A DNA stretch of 64,000 bases, from contig DATLNE010000041.1 of NCBI GenBank assembly GCA_035536915.1, positions 1 to 64,000 of the forward strand. Reading direction: 5' to 3'. Both the position numbers and the translations under genes were made by a program. The notes beneath the pieces are model-generated. The model was not told the origin of the DNA and ran no database searches. It saw only the letters and a list, made by a program, of their open reading frames with translations. The stretch comes from Acidimicrobiales bacterium. Lineage in GTDB: Bacteria > Actinomycetota > Acidimicrobiia > Acidimicrobiales > JAHWLA01. Shown here one piece after another: positions 9,086 through 18,817 of this stretch; within the stretch, counting starts at the first letter, position 1; each line of letters starts with the position of its first letter.

Positions 9086-9194
9086 ATAGAGGCCTTTGCT
9101 CGGGTTCGATTGGGAGGCGCCAAAGCACCCGCTAACAATGCCTACTGCTGGTACGGATAGAGCTTGCGTACCGCAATAGCTTCGTGGGGCAACG

Positions 9195-10202
9195 TCAGAG
9201 CTTGGGCGCAGGTCCGAGCCGGGGACGGGCGAAGCGGCCGATGCCTCGCGGCAGGTCGCCGGTGACGGTGGGCGCGGGGACCGACGGCGCCACCGGGGCG
9301 CGCCGAAATGGGCCGAGCAGTTGCGGCACGTGACCGGGCGCCTGGAGCAGCCCGAGGTACATGAGGATGAGCCCTACCAGCACCATGGCGGAGACCACCT
9401 GCGGCGTGCGCTCGGTCGAGGCCCGTCGGCCCCCGGGCGGCAGTGTCGACGCGGGCACTGCGGCCGACGGCCCGCTGGCCGGCCCGCTGGGTGCCACCGT
9501 CGCCTGGGTCGTCGGCAACGGCACCCCGTCCACCAGCAACGGCGGTGAGAACGTCTCGGTCGGCACCCCGAAGGCGGTGCCCGCATCGAAGCCCTCGAAG
9601 TCCTCGAACCCGGCGGGCGGCTCGTCGCCGTCGGACTGGCCCGGATACGTCGTCACGGTGATGGCGTCGGCGCCCGGCTTTTCGAACGCCACCTGGAACA
9701 CCTTGCCCGCCGTGGGTTGGAGCACGATGTTCAGCATTCCGTTGCGCACCAGTCCGCCTACGGGAAAGCGGACCTTGCCCGCGATCACCGAGCCGTAGGC
9801 CAACGCGCCGACCTCGCACGCGGGTGCCCGGTTCAGCGGCCCGCCCTCCTCGGGCGCCCACACCCGATTGGCGATGCACGCTTCCACGGCGATGTCGCCC
9901 TGCGCCTTGGGCTGGCCGGTCGTCTCGTCGGTGTCGATTGCCAGCACCAATTCGCCCACCGCTTGGTTGTCGTCGACCGGCAACCGCAGCGCGGACTTGC
10001 CGGCCGGCGCTGTGGGCTCGCCCGCCACGTAGAGCCCGCCCGGGTCGACGGGGCTGGGCGGCGAGGCGGGCAGGCCCAACGCTTCGCCCGACGCCGCCCA
10101 CCACCACGCCGTCGCCTCCGGCGCATCGGCACCCACCGGCAGCGGGCCGACGACCATGACGAACCCCGCCACCAACGCCACGACGCCCAGCAGCCGCCTC
10201 AC
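9195..10202 (-). CDS. secreted/membrane-anchored hypothetical protein ('gene B'), last gene of the Liv-like ABC operon
   Basis: GTG start overlaps the TGA of the upstream ATPase gene (GTGA at 10199-10202); N-terminal signal-like segment (RRLLGVVALVAGFVMVV) and a C-terminal TM (VVSAMVLVGLILMYLGLL). Confidence 0.5.
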   Translation of the reverse strand: MRRLLGVVALVAGFVMVVGPLPVGADAPEATAWWWAASGEALGLPASPPSPVDPGGLYVAGEPTAPAGKSALRLPVDDNQAVGELVLAIDTDETTGQPKAQGDIAVEACIANRVWAPEEGGPLNRAPACEVGALAYGSVIAGKVRFPVGGLVRNGMLNIVLQPTAGKVFQVAFEKPGADAITVTTYPGQSDGDEPPAGFEDFEGFDAGTAFGVPTETFSPPLLVDGVPLPTTQATVAPSGPASGPSAAVPASTLPPGGRRASTERTPQVVSAMVLVGLILMYLGLLQAPGHVPQLLGPFRRAPVAPSVPAPTVTGDLPRGIGRFARPRLGPAPKL

Positions 10203-13126
10203 GTGGCCACCCGCCGCCGGCGGCGTCCGCCGTGCCCGTTGCCGTTGCCGTTGACCGTGCCCGACCGGTTGACGGCAGCCACGTCGCCGCCCAGGTACGA
10301 CTCCACCACCCGCGGGTTGCTGATGACCTCGGCGGGCGTGCCCTCGGCGATCACCGCGCCCAGCTCCAGGGCCAGCATGCGGTCGGAGATCTCGGTGATG
10401 AGGGGCATGTCGTGCTCGATGACGAGCATGGCGCACCCGGTCTCGGCCCGGATGCGGCGCAGCAACGGTGCCAGCGCCTCGGTCTCCCGCTGGGCGATGC
10501 CCGACGACGGCTCGTCGAGGATCAGCACCGAGGGGTCGTGGGCGATCGCCATGGCCAGGTCGACGATGCGGCGGCTGCCGGTCGACAGTTCCCCCACGAA
10601 CTTGTCGCGGAAGGCGCCGAGGTTCATCAGTTCGACCAGGTCCTCGACGGTCCACGCGATGTCGTCCTCTTGGGCCTTGGCCTCCGGCAAGCCCAGCGCC
10701 GAGGCGATGTGGTCACGCACCTCGAGGTGGCGCTCCAGCCCCATGGCCAGGTTCTCGGCCACGGTGAGGCTGGGGAAGATGCGGGCGTCCTGGAACGAGC
10801 GCCCCAGGCCGGCCCGGGCCCTTCGGTCGGGCGACCATGAACTGACCTCGACGCCTTCGAAATAGATGCGGCCGCCGTCGGGAGCCGTGAAGCCCGACAC
10901 CAGGTCGAACACCGACGTCTTGCCCGCGCCGTTGGGGCCGATGAGGCCGAGGATCTCCCCGCGCCACAAGTCGAAGGTCACGTCGTCGACGGCACGGATG
11001 CCGCCGAAGCGCTTGGAGATGCCGTTCACGGCCAGGATGGGCTCGTCGGCGCGGTCGATGTCGCCCTCGGTCGGCGCCGCACGGCGCGCCACCCGGCCGC
11101 CCGCCCCTTCGAGGAACACCGAGCGCAGGATGTCGCCCCGCTCGAGCAGTTCTTCGGTCGGCCCCGAGAAACGCACCTCGCCTTTCTCCAGGAAGTACGC
11201 CCGCTGGGCCAGCGTCAACGCCACGTTCACCGACTGCTCCACCACGATCACCGTGGCGCCCTGCTGGTTGATGTGGCGCACCATGTCGAGTAGCTGTTCG
11301 ACGATGGTGGGCGCCAAGCCCAACGACAGCTCGTCGATCATCAGCAGCTTGGGCCGGGCGATGAACGACATGCCCAACGCCAGCATCTGCTGCTCCCCGC
11401 CCGACAAGTTGCCGGCGAGCTGGTCCCACCGCTCGCGCAGGCGCGGGAACCGTTCGAGCACCTCGTCGGTCGCCTGCCGCACCCGCTCCTGCTCGTCGGC
11501 GAACAACCACGCCGCCACCCGGAAGTGCTCGGCCACGCTCAGCGTGGGGAACACGCCGCGGCCGCCCGGCATCTGGACGATGCCGAGCTTGGTCGACTGC
11601 ACGGCGTCGGCGTGGGTGATGTCGCGCCCCGCGAAGAAGACGGCCCCGCCGATGGGGTCGACGACGCCGCTGATGGCTTTCAGCAAGGTTGACTTGCCCG
11701 CGCCGTTGGTGCCCAGCAGGGCCACGATCTCGCCCTCACGGATCTCCAGGTCGACGCCGAAGAGCACTTGGACGGAGTCGTAGGCGACATCGACGCCCCG
11801 GCACGTGAGCAGCGCCTGCTGGCCGCTCTCCGCCAACTCCTCGCGCAGCCGCACCGCCGTGGCCAAGGTGGCGGCTGCTTGCGCGGCGTCGCGGGCGACG
11901 AAGCGGTAGGCGGAGTAGGCCAGCGCGCCACCCAGCACCAGCAGGGCCGACAAGACGCTGACGGCGACCCGGTAGCCCGCGTCGGAGTCGCCGATGGAGG
12001 CGATCAGCGGCGACAGCAAGCCGCCGAGGCCGAGGTAGAGGATGGCCCAGGCAAAGCCCTGCGAGCGCACCCGCGGCGGCGACACCAGGCCGACCAGCGG
12101 GAAGTAGTTGGGCTGGTACGCCCCGATGCCGATGCCCGCCACGAAGTTGAAGAACAACGACAGGCCCGACCAAGGCGAGACCGCCATGGCCAGCAACCCG
12201 CCGCCGATGAGCATGTACGACAGGCCGTTGTAGCGGGCCAGCTTGGGCAGGTCGCCCGCGGTCAACGCCCGGCCTGCCAACCGCTGTCCGTACAACAGGC
12301 CGACGACGGTGCCGAGGCCGGAGGCGAACACCACCATGCCCCGTCCCTGGGCCTCGAAGCCGTACTCCTGCTCGAAGAACAGCACCACGAGCTGCGTGAG
12401 GGTCAGCGCCCCGATGCCGAGTAGGAAGATGCCCGCCCACAACCGGCGCAGGGTGCGCACGGCGAACAGTTGGCGGCGGGCTTCACCGAACGGGACGGGC
12501 TCCAGCAGCGCGGCCTCGGCCGCCACGCCCGCGTCGACGCTCTCGCCCCGTAAGGGTTCGCGCAGCTTCACCAACATGGCGACGAGCACGAACGTGGGCA
12601 CCGCCAGGACGACGAACACGAAGCGCCAGTCCCACATCGAACCCAGCGCGCCGATGACGACGGCCGAGCCGAGCCCGATGGGGTTGGCCATGCGGTGGAA
12701 GGCGAAGACCTGCGGGTGGGTCGACGGGGCGTAGTAGTCGGAGAGCAGGCTGGCGTGCACCGGCTCGTTGATGATGCGCCCGACGGCGGCACCCATGCGG
12801 GCCACGATGAGCACGCCGATCACCGGGGCCAAGCCGGTGAGGATGGCCATGGTGCCCCACAGGAAGGCGGCGATGGCCGACAGGCGCACGCGCTTCACCC
12901 GGTCGGCGGTGAACCCGATGGGCAGGGCGGCCAACAGCGCCGTCACCGCGGCCAGCGAACCGACGGCGACGATGCCTTCGTCGGACAGGTTGAAGGCGTC
13001 GCGGATTTCCGGGGTCAGCACGCCGAAGGCGACCCGGTCGAACTCGTCGACCAGGTTGAGCCCGAAGAGGACGAGCAGCGGCAGCGCCGAGCCGCCGCCG
13101 GTAATGCGGTCGAGGCGCTCCTTCAC
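10199..13126 (-). CDS. fusion protein: N-terminal MFS-like 12-TM domain + LivG-like + LivF-like ABC ATPase domains
   Basis: 975 aa; roughly 430 aa polytopic N-terminus, then two Walker A sites (GTNGAGKST, GPNGAGKTS) and ABC signature LSGGEQQ / LSTGSRR. Confidence 0.8.
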   Translation of the reverse strand: MKERLDRITGGGSALPLLVLFGLNLVDEFDRVAFGVLTPEIRDAFNLSDEGIVAVGSLAAVTALLAALPIGFTADRVKRVRLSAIAAFLWGTMAILTGLAPVIGVLIVARMGAAVGRIINEPVHASLLSDYYAPSTHPQVFAFHRMANPIGLGSAVVIGALGSMWDWRFVFVVLAVPTFVLVAMLVKLREPLRGESVDAGVAAEAALLEPVPFGEARRQLFAVRTLRRLWAGIFLLGIGALTLTQLVVLFFEQEYGFEAQGRGMVVFASGLGTVVGLLYGQRLAGRALTAGDLPKLARYNGLSYMLIGGGLLAMAVSPWSGLSLFFNFVAGIGIGAYQPNYFPLVGLVSPPRVRSQGFAWAILYLGLGGLLSPLIASIGDSDAGYRVAVSVLSALLVLGGALAYSAYRFVARDAAQAAATLATAVRLREELAESGQQALLTCRGVDVAYDSVQVLFGVDLEIREGEIVALLGTNGAGKSTLLKAISGVVDPIGGAVFFAGRDITHADAVQSTKLGIVQMPGGRGVFPTLSVAEHFRVAAWLFADEQERVRQATDEVLERFPRLRERWDQLAGNLSGGEQQMLALGMSFIARPKLLMIDELSLGLAPTIVEQLLDMVRHINQQGATVIVVEQSVNVALTLAQRAYFLEKGEVRFSGPTEELLERGDILRSVFLEGAGGRVARRAAPTEGDIDRADEPILAVNGISKRFGGIRAVDDVTFDLWRGEILGLIGPNGAGKTSVFDLVSGFTAPDGGRIYFEGVEVSSWSPDRRARAGLGRSFQDARIFPSLTVAENLAMGLERHLEVRDHIASALGLPEAKAQEDDIAWTVEDLVELMNLGAFRDKFVGELSTGSRRIVDLAMAIAHDPSVLILDEPSSGIAQRETEALAPLLRRIRAETGCAMLVIEHDMPLITEISDRMLALELGAVIAEGTPAEVISNPRVVESYLGGDVAAVNRSGTVNGNGNGHGGRRRRRVAT

Positions 13127-15486
13127 CGGCGCACCTCCTCGATCACCAAGTCGTCCTCGGCGGCCACCGCCCGCACCCGATGCCGAGACCGACGAGCCCG
13201 GAGGCGAGCCGCTTCAGGGCGGAAGTGCTCGTGCGTCGCCACCCGTTCGACGGGCACGTGCTCCTCGCACGCCGGGCAGATGATCACCGAGTCGGGCAGT
13301 TCCAACAGTGCACGGCCCGCGCCCACTTCTTCGCCGACCTCGGTGAGCAAGTCGGGATCGGTGCCCGACACCGGCCGGCCCTGTTCTTCCAGCGAGTCGG
13401 CCACCAGGCTGGGCACGTGGATGCCGCGACGAGCCGCCACCCAGCGCAGGAAGCTGTCGCGCGCCCGGTAGCCAAGTTCGGCCAGGCCCCCGGGGAAGAA
13501 CAGCAACAGGACCATCAAGCCGACGCCGGTCGTCAGCAGGTCGAAGAACTCGATGGTGCGGAAGAACGGGAAGCGCTGGAACACGATCAAGTAGGCCGCC
13601 CCAGCGACCGCGCCACCGACCGAGGTGAGCCCGCCCACCACGGTCATGGCGAAGACCTTGATGGAGTCGACGGGCGGATAGGCGTTCACGTCCAACGCCC
13701 CCTGCTGGTACACGAACAACGCGCCCGCCACCGCGGCCATGAAGCCGGAGATGGCGAAGGCGGCCAGACGGGTGCGTGACAGGTTCACGCCGTACGACTG
13801 CGCGGCACGGGGGTTGGCCCGCACGGCGATCATCACCCGCCCCGAGCGACTCGACCTGATCTGCCGGGCCATCACGATCATCAGCACCAGGAAGACAAGG
13901 CACACGTAGTAGAAGACCAAGTCGTTGCCGGTGTCGATGCGGCCGTAGATCTTGGGGCGGTAGACAATGCCGCCCTCCGGCGGGAGCATCCAGCCGAAGA
14001 AACGCCGGTCGAGCAGGAAGGCCTGCGTGGTCCCGGCAAACGCCAAGGTGGTGACGGCCAAGAACAAGCCCTGCACGCGCAGCGCAGGCAGGCCCACCAG
14101 CACAGCGACGACGGCGCCCACCATGCCCGCCACGATGATGGTGACGAAGAAGTCGGCCTGGTGGTTGGCCGCCAGGCCCCCTGCCACCCCGGCGCCGACG
14201 CCGACGAAGGCGAATTGGCCGAGGCTGATCTGCCCTGCCCATCCCGTCAGTACCACCAGCGACACGCCGACCATCGCGTAGATCAACAACAGCGAGGCGT
14301 CGTTGCGATAGAGGCGTCCCACCAGGAACGGCAGGCCCACTGCGAGTCCGGCGGCCAGCGCCAGAACGAGCGTCCGCGCGCCCAGTACCTCGCGCACGTT
14401 GCGCAACTCCGAGGGGATGGGACGGAACTCTTTCACCGTGCGCCACGTCGTCACGCCCGTGTCGTGCGCCCGCCCCGCGCTCTGCCGCTGCAGCAACAGG
14501 GCCACGAGGATGATCGGCAGCATCATCGCCTGGCTCAGCACCGAGTTGCGGGTGCTGTAGTACATGGCGAAGTCCATGCCGCCGATGGCCATGCCCGCCA
14601 CGAAGGCCACGGGCAGGCTCTGCATGCGGGCGACCATGGCGGCGGCCAGTGCATAGAGCAGCACGCTCGGCCCGATGATGGTGCCGAACGACAGCCCGAC
14701 GAGCGGCGCCCGCAGGAAGATGCCGACTGCCGACAGCAGCGCCGCGAGCATCCACACCAGCGTCGACACTCGACGCACAGGGACGCCCAGCAACGACGCT
14801 CGCTCGGCGTTTTCCGCCGACGCTCGCACGGCGATGCCGATGCGGGTGAGGCGGAAGAACAACCCGAGGGCCACCACGATCACGCCGACGACGAGCAAGG
14901 CCACGACGTGGTCGCCCTTGAGCACGGTCCCGCCGAAGGTGAACCGCCAACTGCTGAACGGGGTCGGGAAGTCGGCGGGCGGCAGCGCGTCACCGGTGAT
15001 CCACCCGGGGATGTTGAACTCCACGTAGGCGAGCAGTTGCCCGATGCCGATGGTGACGACAGCGAGGATCAGGCGGGGCGCTTGCGTGAAGCGGCGCACG
15101 ACGAGGAAGTCGACCAACCCGCCGAGCACCAGCGACCCCACCACCACGAGCAAGAGCGCGGCCCAATACGGCCACCCCTTGGTGGTGACCAGGACGACGC
15201 CGAGGGTGGCAGGTGCGGCACCGAGTCCGGCCTGGGCGAAGTTCACCACCTGGTTGGCCCGGTACACCAGGATCAGGCCCATGGCGATGAGGCCGTAGAG
15301 AGCACCGATCACGACGCCGTACGCCACGATGCCGGTCGGCATGCGGCCGGGCAGGGCCAGGTTCAACAGGTTCGGGTAGACGACGATGGCGGCGAGCCAG
15401 ATGAAGACCCACGCCGCGGCCGCGCTCGCCCCGCCGCCGCGCAGGAAGCGCGTGGTCGCCGCGCCCGCGTCGCGGACGGCTGTCAC
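13123..15486 (-). CDS. branched-chain amino-acid type ABC permease, fused LivH-LivM domains
   Basis: 787 aa polytopic protein with two BPD_transp_2-like halves; ATGA overlaps on both sides. Confidence 0.8.
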   Translation of the reverse strand: MTAVRDAGAATTRFLRGGGASAAAAWVFIWLAAIVVYPNLLNLALPGRMPTGIVAYGVVIGALYGLIAMGLILVYRANQVVNFAQAGLGAAPATLGVVLVTTKGWPYWAALLLVVVGSLVLGGLVDFLVVRRFTQAPRLILAVVTIGIGQLLAYVEFNIPGWITGDALPPADFPTPFSSWRFTFGGTVLKGDHVVALLVVGVIVVALGLFFRLTRIGIAVRASAENAERASLLGVPVRRVSTLVWMLAALLSAVGIFLRAPLVGLSFGTIIGPSVLLYALAAAMVARMQSLPVAFVAGMAIGGMDFAMYYSTRNSVLSQAMMLPIILVALLLQRQSAGRAHDTGVTTWRTVKEFRPIPSELRNVREVLGARTLVLALAAGLAVGLPFLVGRLYRNDASLLLIYAMVGVSLVVLTGWAGQISLGQFAFVGVGAGVAGGLAANHQADFFVTIIVAGMVGAVVAVLVGLPALRVQGLFLAVTTLAFAGTTQAFLLDRRFFGWMLPPEGGIVYRPKIYGRIDTGNDLVFYYVCLVFLVLMIVMARQIRSSRSGRVMIAVRANPRAAQSYGVNLSRTRLAAFAISGFMAAVAGALFVYQQGALDVNAYPPVDSIKVFAMTVVGGLTSVGGAVAGAAYLIVFQRFPFFRTIEFFDLLTTGVGLMVLLLFFPGGLAELGYRARDSFLRWVAARRGIHVPSLVADSLEEQGRPVSGTDPDLLTEVGEEVGAGRALLELPDSVIICPACEEHVPVERVATHEHFRPEAARLRARRSRHRVRAVAAEDDLVIEEVRR

Positions 15487-17213
15487 TCGGGTGCCCGAGG
15501 CTCGCCCGCCCCCCAGCTACCGAGCTCCCAGCGACGGCCCCCCTCGACGGCGATGTACGCACCGGTCCCGCCGTCGATCTTCGACTTGGCTGCCGGGTCC
15601 CAGTAGGTGTGCCGAGAGTCCTGGATGGCCGTGTAATCGCCTGGGCCGAACTTCACCATGACCGACGCCGGGTCGCGCGTGCGCTCCCACCCGCCGCTCG
15701 ACGGCAGGCTGAGCATGCCCCGCTCCACGTTCGTCGGGGTCAGGTTCGGCCCCGCCATCTGGATCTGGCTCGACACCAGCGACATGTAGGCGTACAGGAG
15801 GTTGGCGCCGGAGTAGAGGCCGGTGACGCCCACGTCGGCGGCGGCTCGGGCGGCATCGCTGTCGTTGAACGGGATGGGGTCGGCCAAGTGTCCTGGCCCG
15901 AAGGCATTGCGCCACTGCGACGTCTCGTACAGCCGCCCCAGCACGTCGTAGTCGATGAGCCCGGACCCGGCGAGCAGGTGCTCGGGGTACCAGCCTTGAG
16001 CCGTCGCTGCGTTGGTGAAGAACCGGGGGCCGATGGGGTCGGACAGGAAGACGACGGTCGTCGCCCCGTCGTCCTTCAGCTTCTGCATGGCTGTGGCCGC
16101 CGTCTCCTGTGCCTTGGTGATGTCGGAGGGCGTGGTAACGGGCTCGACGGCATCGCCTGGGCGACCGCACATGCCTCCTGTCACCAGGTTCACCAGGTCG
16201 ACGGCGTTCTTCTGGGTGTACTCGTACCTTTGGGTTACGACGCCGAGCACCCGCCGCTTGGCCCGGATGTCGGGGGTGCCCGCCAAGGTGGCGTTCTTGC
16301 CAGACATCTTCTTGCACCAGTAGCTGGCCAGGTGCTGCACGGTGCGGGTGCCGTCGACGAACACGTCCCAGTGGTAGGGCCGGTTCCGTGTGACGAAGTC
16401 GTTGTGGAAGTGCCAGCCCCCGATGTTGACGACGCCCAGCGCCGTCCACTGCTCGAAGACTTCGCCCTGCACCGTCGAGTTCGTCCAGAACACGGCGAAC
16501 GGTGTGTGCTCCTGGTTGAGGCGCTTTGCCTCATCCCGGAAGCAGGCGACATCTGGAGGCGTGATCTCGCACTTCCCCTGGACGAAGATCCAGTTGATCT
16601 TGCGGCCGTAGAACTCGTAGTGCTTGTCGAAGAACTTGGCGAAGGCCTCGCGGGCCTTCTTCTCTTCTTCGGGGGACGACGCCAGGCCCTGGGTGCGCAG
16701 GATGGCGTCGACCTGCTCGTTCGACTTGGGCCGGTAGTGGATGACCTTGACGGCCTCGGCGGACACGCCGCGGTAGGTGGCGCCGCCGTTGTCGCCTGTC
16801 CACCGGGGGACGCAGGGCGGCGATGTGCGGGTCACGTCCTGCTGGCGCACGCCGTCCTTGGCGCACTTGCTCTTGTCGGTGGAGAGCTTGCCGGTGGCAG
16901 TGCCGGAGCGCGTGCCCCCTCCCGTCGCGCCTGACCCGGTGCCGCCCGTGGCGCTCGTACCGCCTGGCCCGCCGCCCGCAGCACCGCCGCCCGCGGCGAC
17001 ATCGTCAGCCGTGCCTGCGATGCCGTCGGCGCCGAGGCCTGCCTCCGGGTCGAAGGCGCCGGGGCCGGCCGTCAGTTCGTCGCCACGGGAGCCGGGGCCG
17101 CCCGTCGACGGCACGAGCGCCACCAACAGGACTTGGACCCCCGCCAGGATCAGGAATGGCGCATACCGCCGCGCCAGGGAGCCGGGAACCGCCAACGTAC
17201 TGCCCCTTCCCAT
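15483..17213 (-). CDS. ABC transporter substrate-binding protein (Liv/periplasmic binding protein type I-like) with a G/T/A-rich low-complexity linker
   Basis: 576 aa; N-terminal TM/signal segment, long low-complexity linker, then a PBP1-like domain; first gene of the operon. Confidence 0.7.
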   Translation of the reverse strand: MGRGSTLAVPGSLARRYAPFLILAGVQVLLVALVPSTGGPGSRGDELTAGPGAFDPEAGLGADGIAGTADDVAAGGGAAGGGPGGTSATGGTGSGATGGGTRSGTATGKLSTDKSKCAKDGVRQQDVTRTSPPCVPRWTGDNGGATYRGVSAEAVKVIHYRPKSNEQVDAILRTQGLASSPEEEKKAREAFAKFFDKHYEFYGRKINWIFVQGKCEITPPDVACFRDEAKRLNQEHTPFAVFWTNSTVQGEVFEQWTALGVVNIGGWHFHNDFVTRNRPYHWDVFVDGTRTVQHLASYWCKKMSGKNATLAGTPDIRAKRRVLGVVTQRYEYTQKNAVDLVNLVTGGMCGRPGDAVEPVTTPSDITKAQETAATAMQKLKDDGATTVVFLSDPIGPRFFTNAATAQGWYPEHLLAGSGLIDYDVLGRLYETSQWRNAFGPGHLADPIPFNDSDAARAAADVGVTGLYSGANLLYAYMSLVSSQIQMAGPNLTPTNVERGMLSLPSSGGWERTRDPASVMVKFGPGDYTAIQDSRHTYWDPAAKSKIDGGTGAYIAVEGGRRWELGSWGAGEPRAPE

Positions 17214-17285
17214 AAAGGTTCAGTGACAGTGCAAATAATATGACGTCGGTCACATCTATACCTGTCGCGAGGGGCGGTTCAATCC

Positions 17286-17789
17286 TCAGGCAGGCGTCAG
17301 CGGCGTCTCCAACTCCCACTCGCCGTGGTCCAGGCGGGTCGAGGTCTCGGGTGCGAGGCGGCGGGCGATGGCCATCATGCGGCGGTTCTCGCCCATCACG
17401 GTGGCGGTGAGGGCCTTGACGCCGTGGCGCTTGGCGTCGCCGGCCAAAGTGTTGAGCAGCACCTTGCCCAGGCCGCGACCCTGCCAGGCGTCCTCCACCA
17501 CAATCGCCACCTCGGCCCGGTCGGGGGCGTCGCGGAAGCGGTCGTAGCGGGCCACGCCGACGATCTCGCCGTCGACCTCGGCGGCCAGGGCCTGGCGCTT
17601 GTCGTGGTCGACGTCGGCCAGGTAGTGCAGCACCCGGGGCGAGGGCTCGCTCACCGACTGCAGGAAGCGGAGCCGCACGGTCTCGGGCGAGAGGCGGAAG
17701 AACAGGCGCCGGAGGCCGTCCACGTCGGAAGCGTCGAGCTCACGGAGGACGACCGCCGTGCCGTCGGGGAGGGTGCGGTTCTTTTGCAC
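17286..17789 (-). CDS. GNAT family N-acetyltransferase
   Basis: 167 aa; acetyl-CoA binding motif (WQGRGLGKVLLNTLAGDAKRHG). Confidence 0.8.
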   Translation of the reverse strand: MQKNRTLPDGTAVVLRELDASDVDGLRRLFFRLSPETVRLRFLQSVSEPSPRVLHYLADVDHDKRQALAAEVDGEIVGVARYDRFRDAPDRAEVAIVVEDAWQGRGLGKVLLNTLAGDAKRHGVKALTATVMGENRRMMAIARRLAPETSTRLDHGEWELETPLTPA

Positions 17790-17935
17790 GACCGGTTCAA
17801 CCCCGGCGCGCCCCCGAACCTGCCGTGTCGTTGGTCACTGGCCCGAGCGGCCGGCGTCCGGGCTGCGGACTAGTCCCGTGGCTACGGGCAAATGACGCGT
17901 TCGCGCCATTCTTCCTACCTCCCGTGGCGCCGAAG

Positions 17936-18817
17936 ATGATGGAGGAGGGCCGAAAGGAGGCCGAGGTGTCGATCCTGCACATGCGGCGAGCGAGGCGGCA
18001 CAAGCCGCGCACGGTGTTCGTCTTGGGGGGCGGCGGGAACCTGGGCGCCATCCAGGTCGGCATGCTCCAAGCCGTCTTCGAACGAGGCATCCTGCCCGAC
18101 GCCCTGGTGGGCTGCTCGGTGGGGGCCATCAACGCCGCCGCCGTGGCTGCCGACCCCACCGTCGAGGGCGTGCGCCGCATGTCGGAGGTCTGGGCCTCGC
18201 TCAACGACGACGCCATCTGCCCGGCCGGGCGCCTGTCGTCGATCCGCCTGCTGGCCACACGTAGCCGGTCGCTCCAACCCAACGACGGCCTGCGCCGCCT
18301 GCTGGAGACGTGGCTGCCGTTCCGCACCTTCGAAGAAGCCGAACTCCCCTTCCACGTAGTGGCCGCCTCGCTGGAGACCGGCGACGCCCGGTGGTTCTCG
18401 TCAGGACCTGTCATCGAGCCGATCCTCGCCTCGGCCGCCCTGCCCGGCGTGTTCCCGCCGGTGCCGATCGCCGACGAGCTGTTCATCGACGGCGGCGTCA
18501 TCGACAACGTGCCGATCTCCCGAGCCGTCGAGCTGGGCGCCGAGCGCATCGTCGTGCTCCACGTCGGCAACTTCGAACGCAAGCGGCCTGCCCCTAAGCG
18601 GCCCATCGACGTGTTGGTGCAGTCGTTCTCCATCGCCCGCAGCCACCGCTTCCTCAGGGAGATAGCGACACCGCCCGAAGGCGTGGAGCTCATCGTGGTG
18701 CCGAGCATCGACCCGGGGCAGCTGCGCTACGACGACTTCCGCCACTCCCGCCGCCTCATCGCCGGCGGCCACGCCGCCGCGGCAGCCCACCTCGACCGGG
18801 TGGCGGCCACGGCTTAG
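17936..18817 (+). CDS. patatin-like phospholipase
   Basis: GGGxxG (VLGGGGNLGA), GxSxG nucleophile motif (GCSVGA), DGG motif (FIDGGVIDNVP); the start at MMEEG is inferred. Confidence 0.8.
   Translation: MMEEGRKEAEVSILHMRRARRHKPRTVFVLGGGGNLGAIQVGMLQAVFERGILPDALVGCSVGAINAAAVAADPTVEGVRRMSEVWASLNDDAICPAGRLSSIRLLATRSRSLQPNDGLRRLLETWLPFRTFEEAELPFHVVAASLETGDARWFSSGPVIEPILASAALPGVFPPVPIADELFIDGGVIDNVPISRAVELGAERIVVLHVGNFERKRPAPKRPIDVLVQSFSIARSHRFLREIATPPEGVELIVVPSIDPGQLRYDDFRHSRRLIAGGHAAAAAHLDRVAATA

Noticed and set aside
9080-9130. tRNA-like GGTTCGATTGG segment
   Set aside because: No acceptor, D or anticodon stems can be formed around it on either strand; at most a degenerate att/tRNA remnant.
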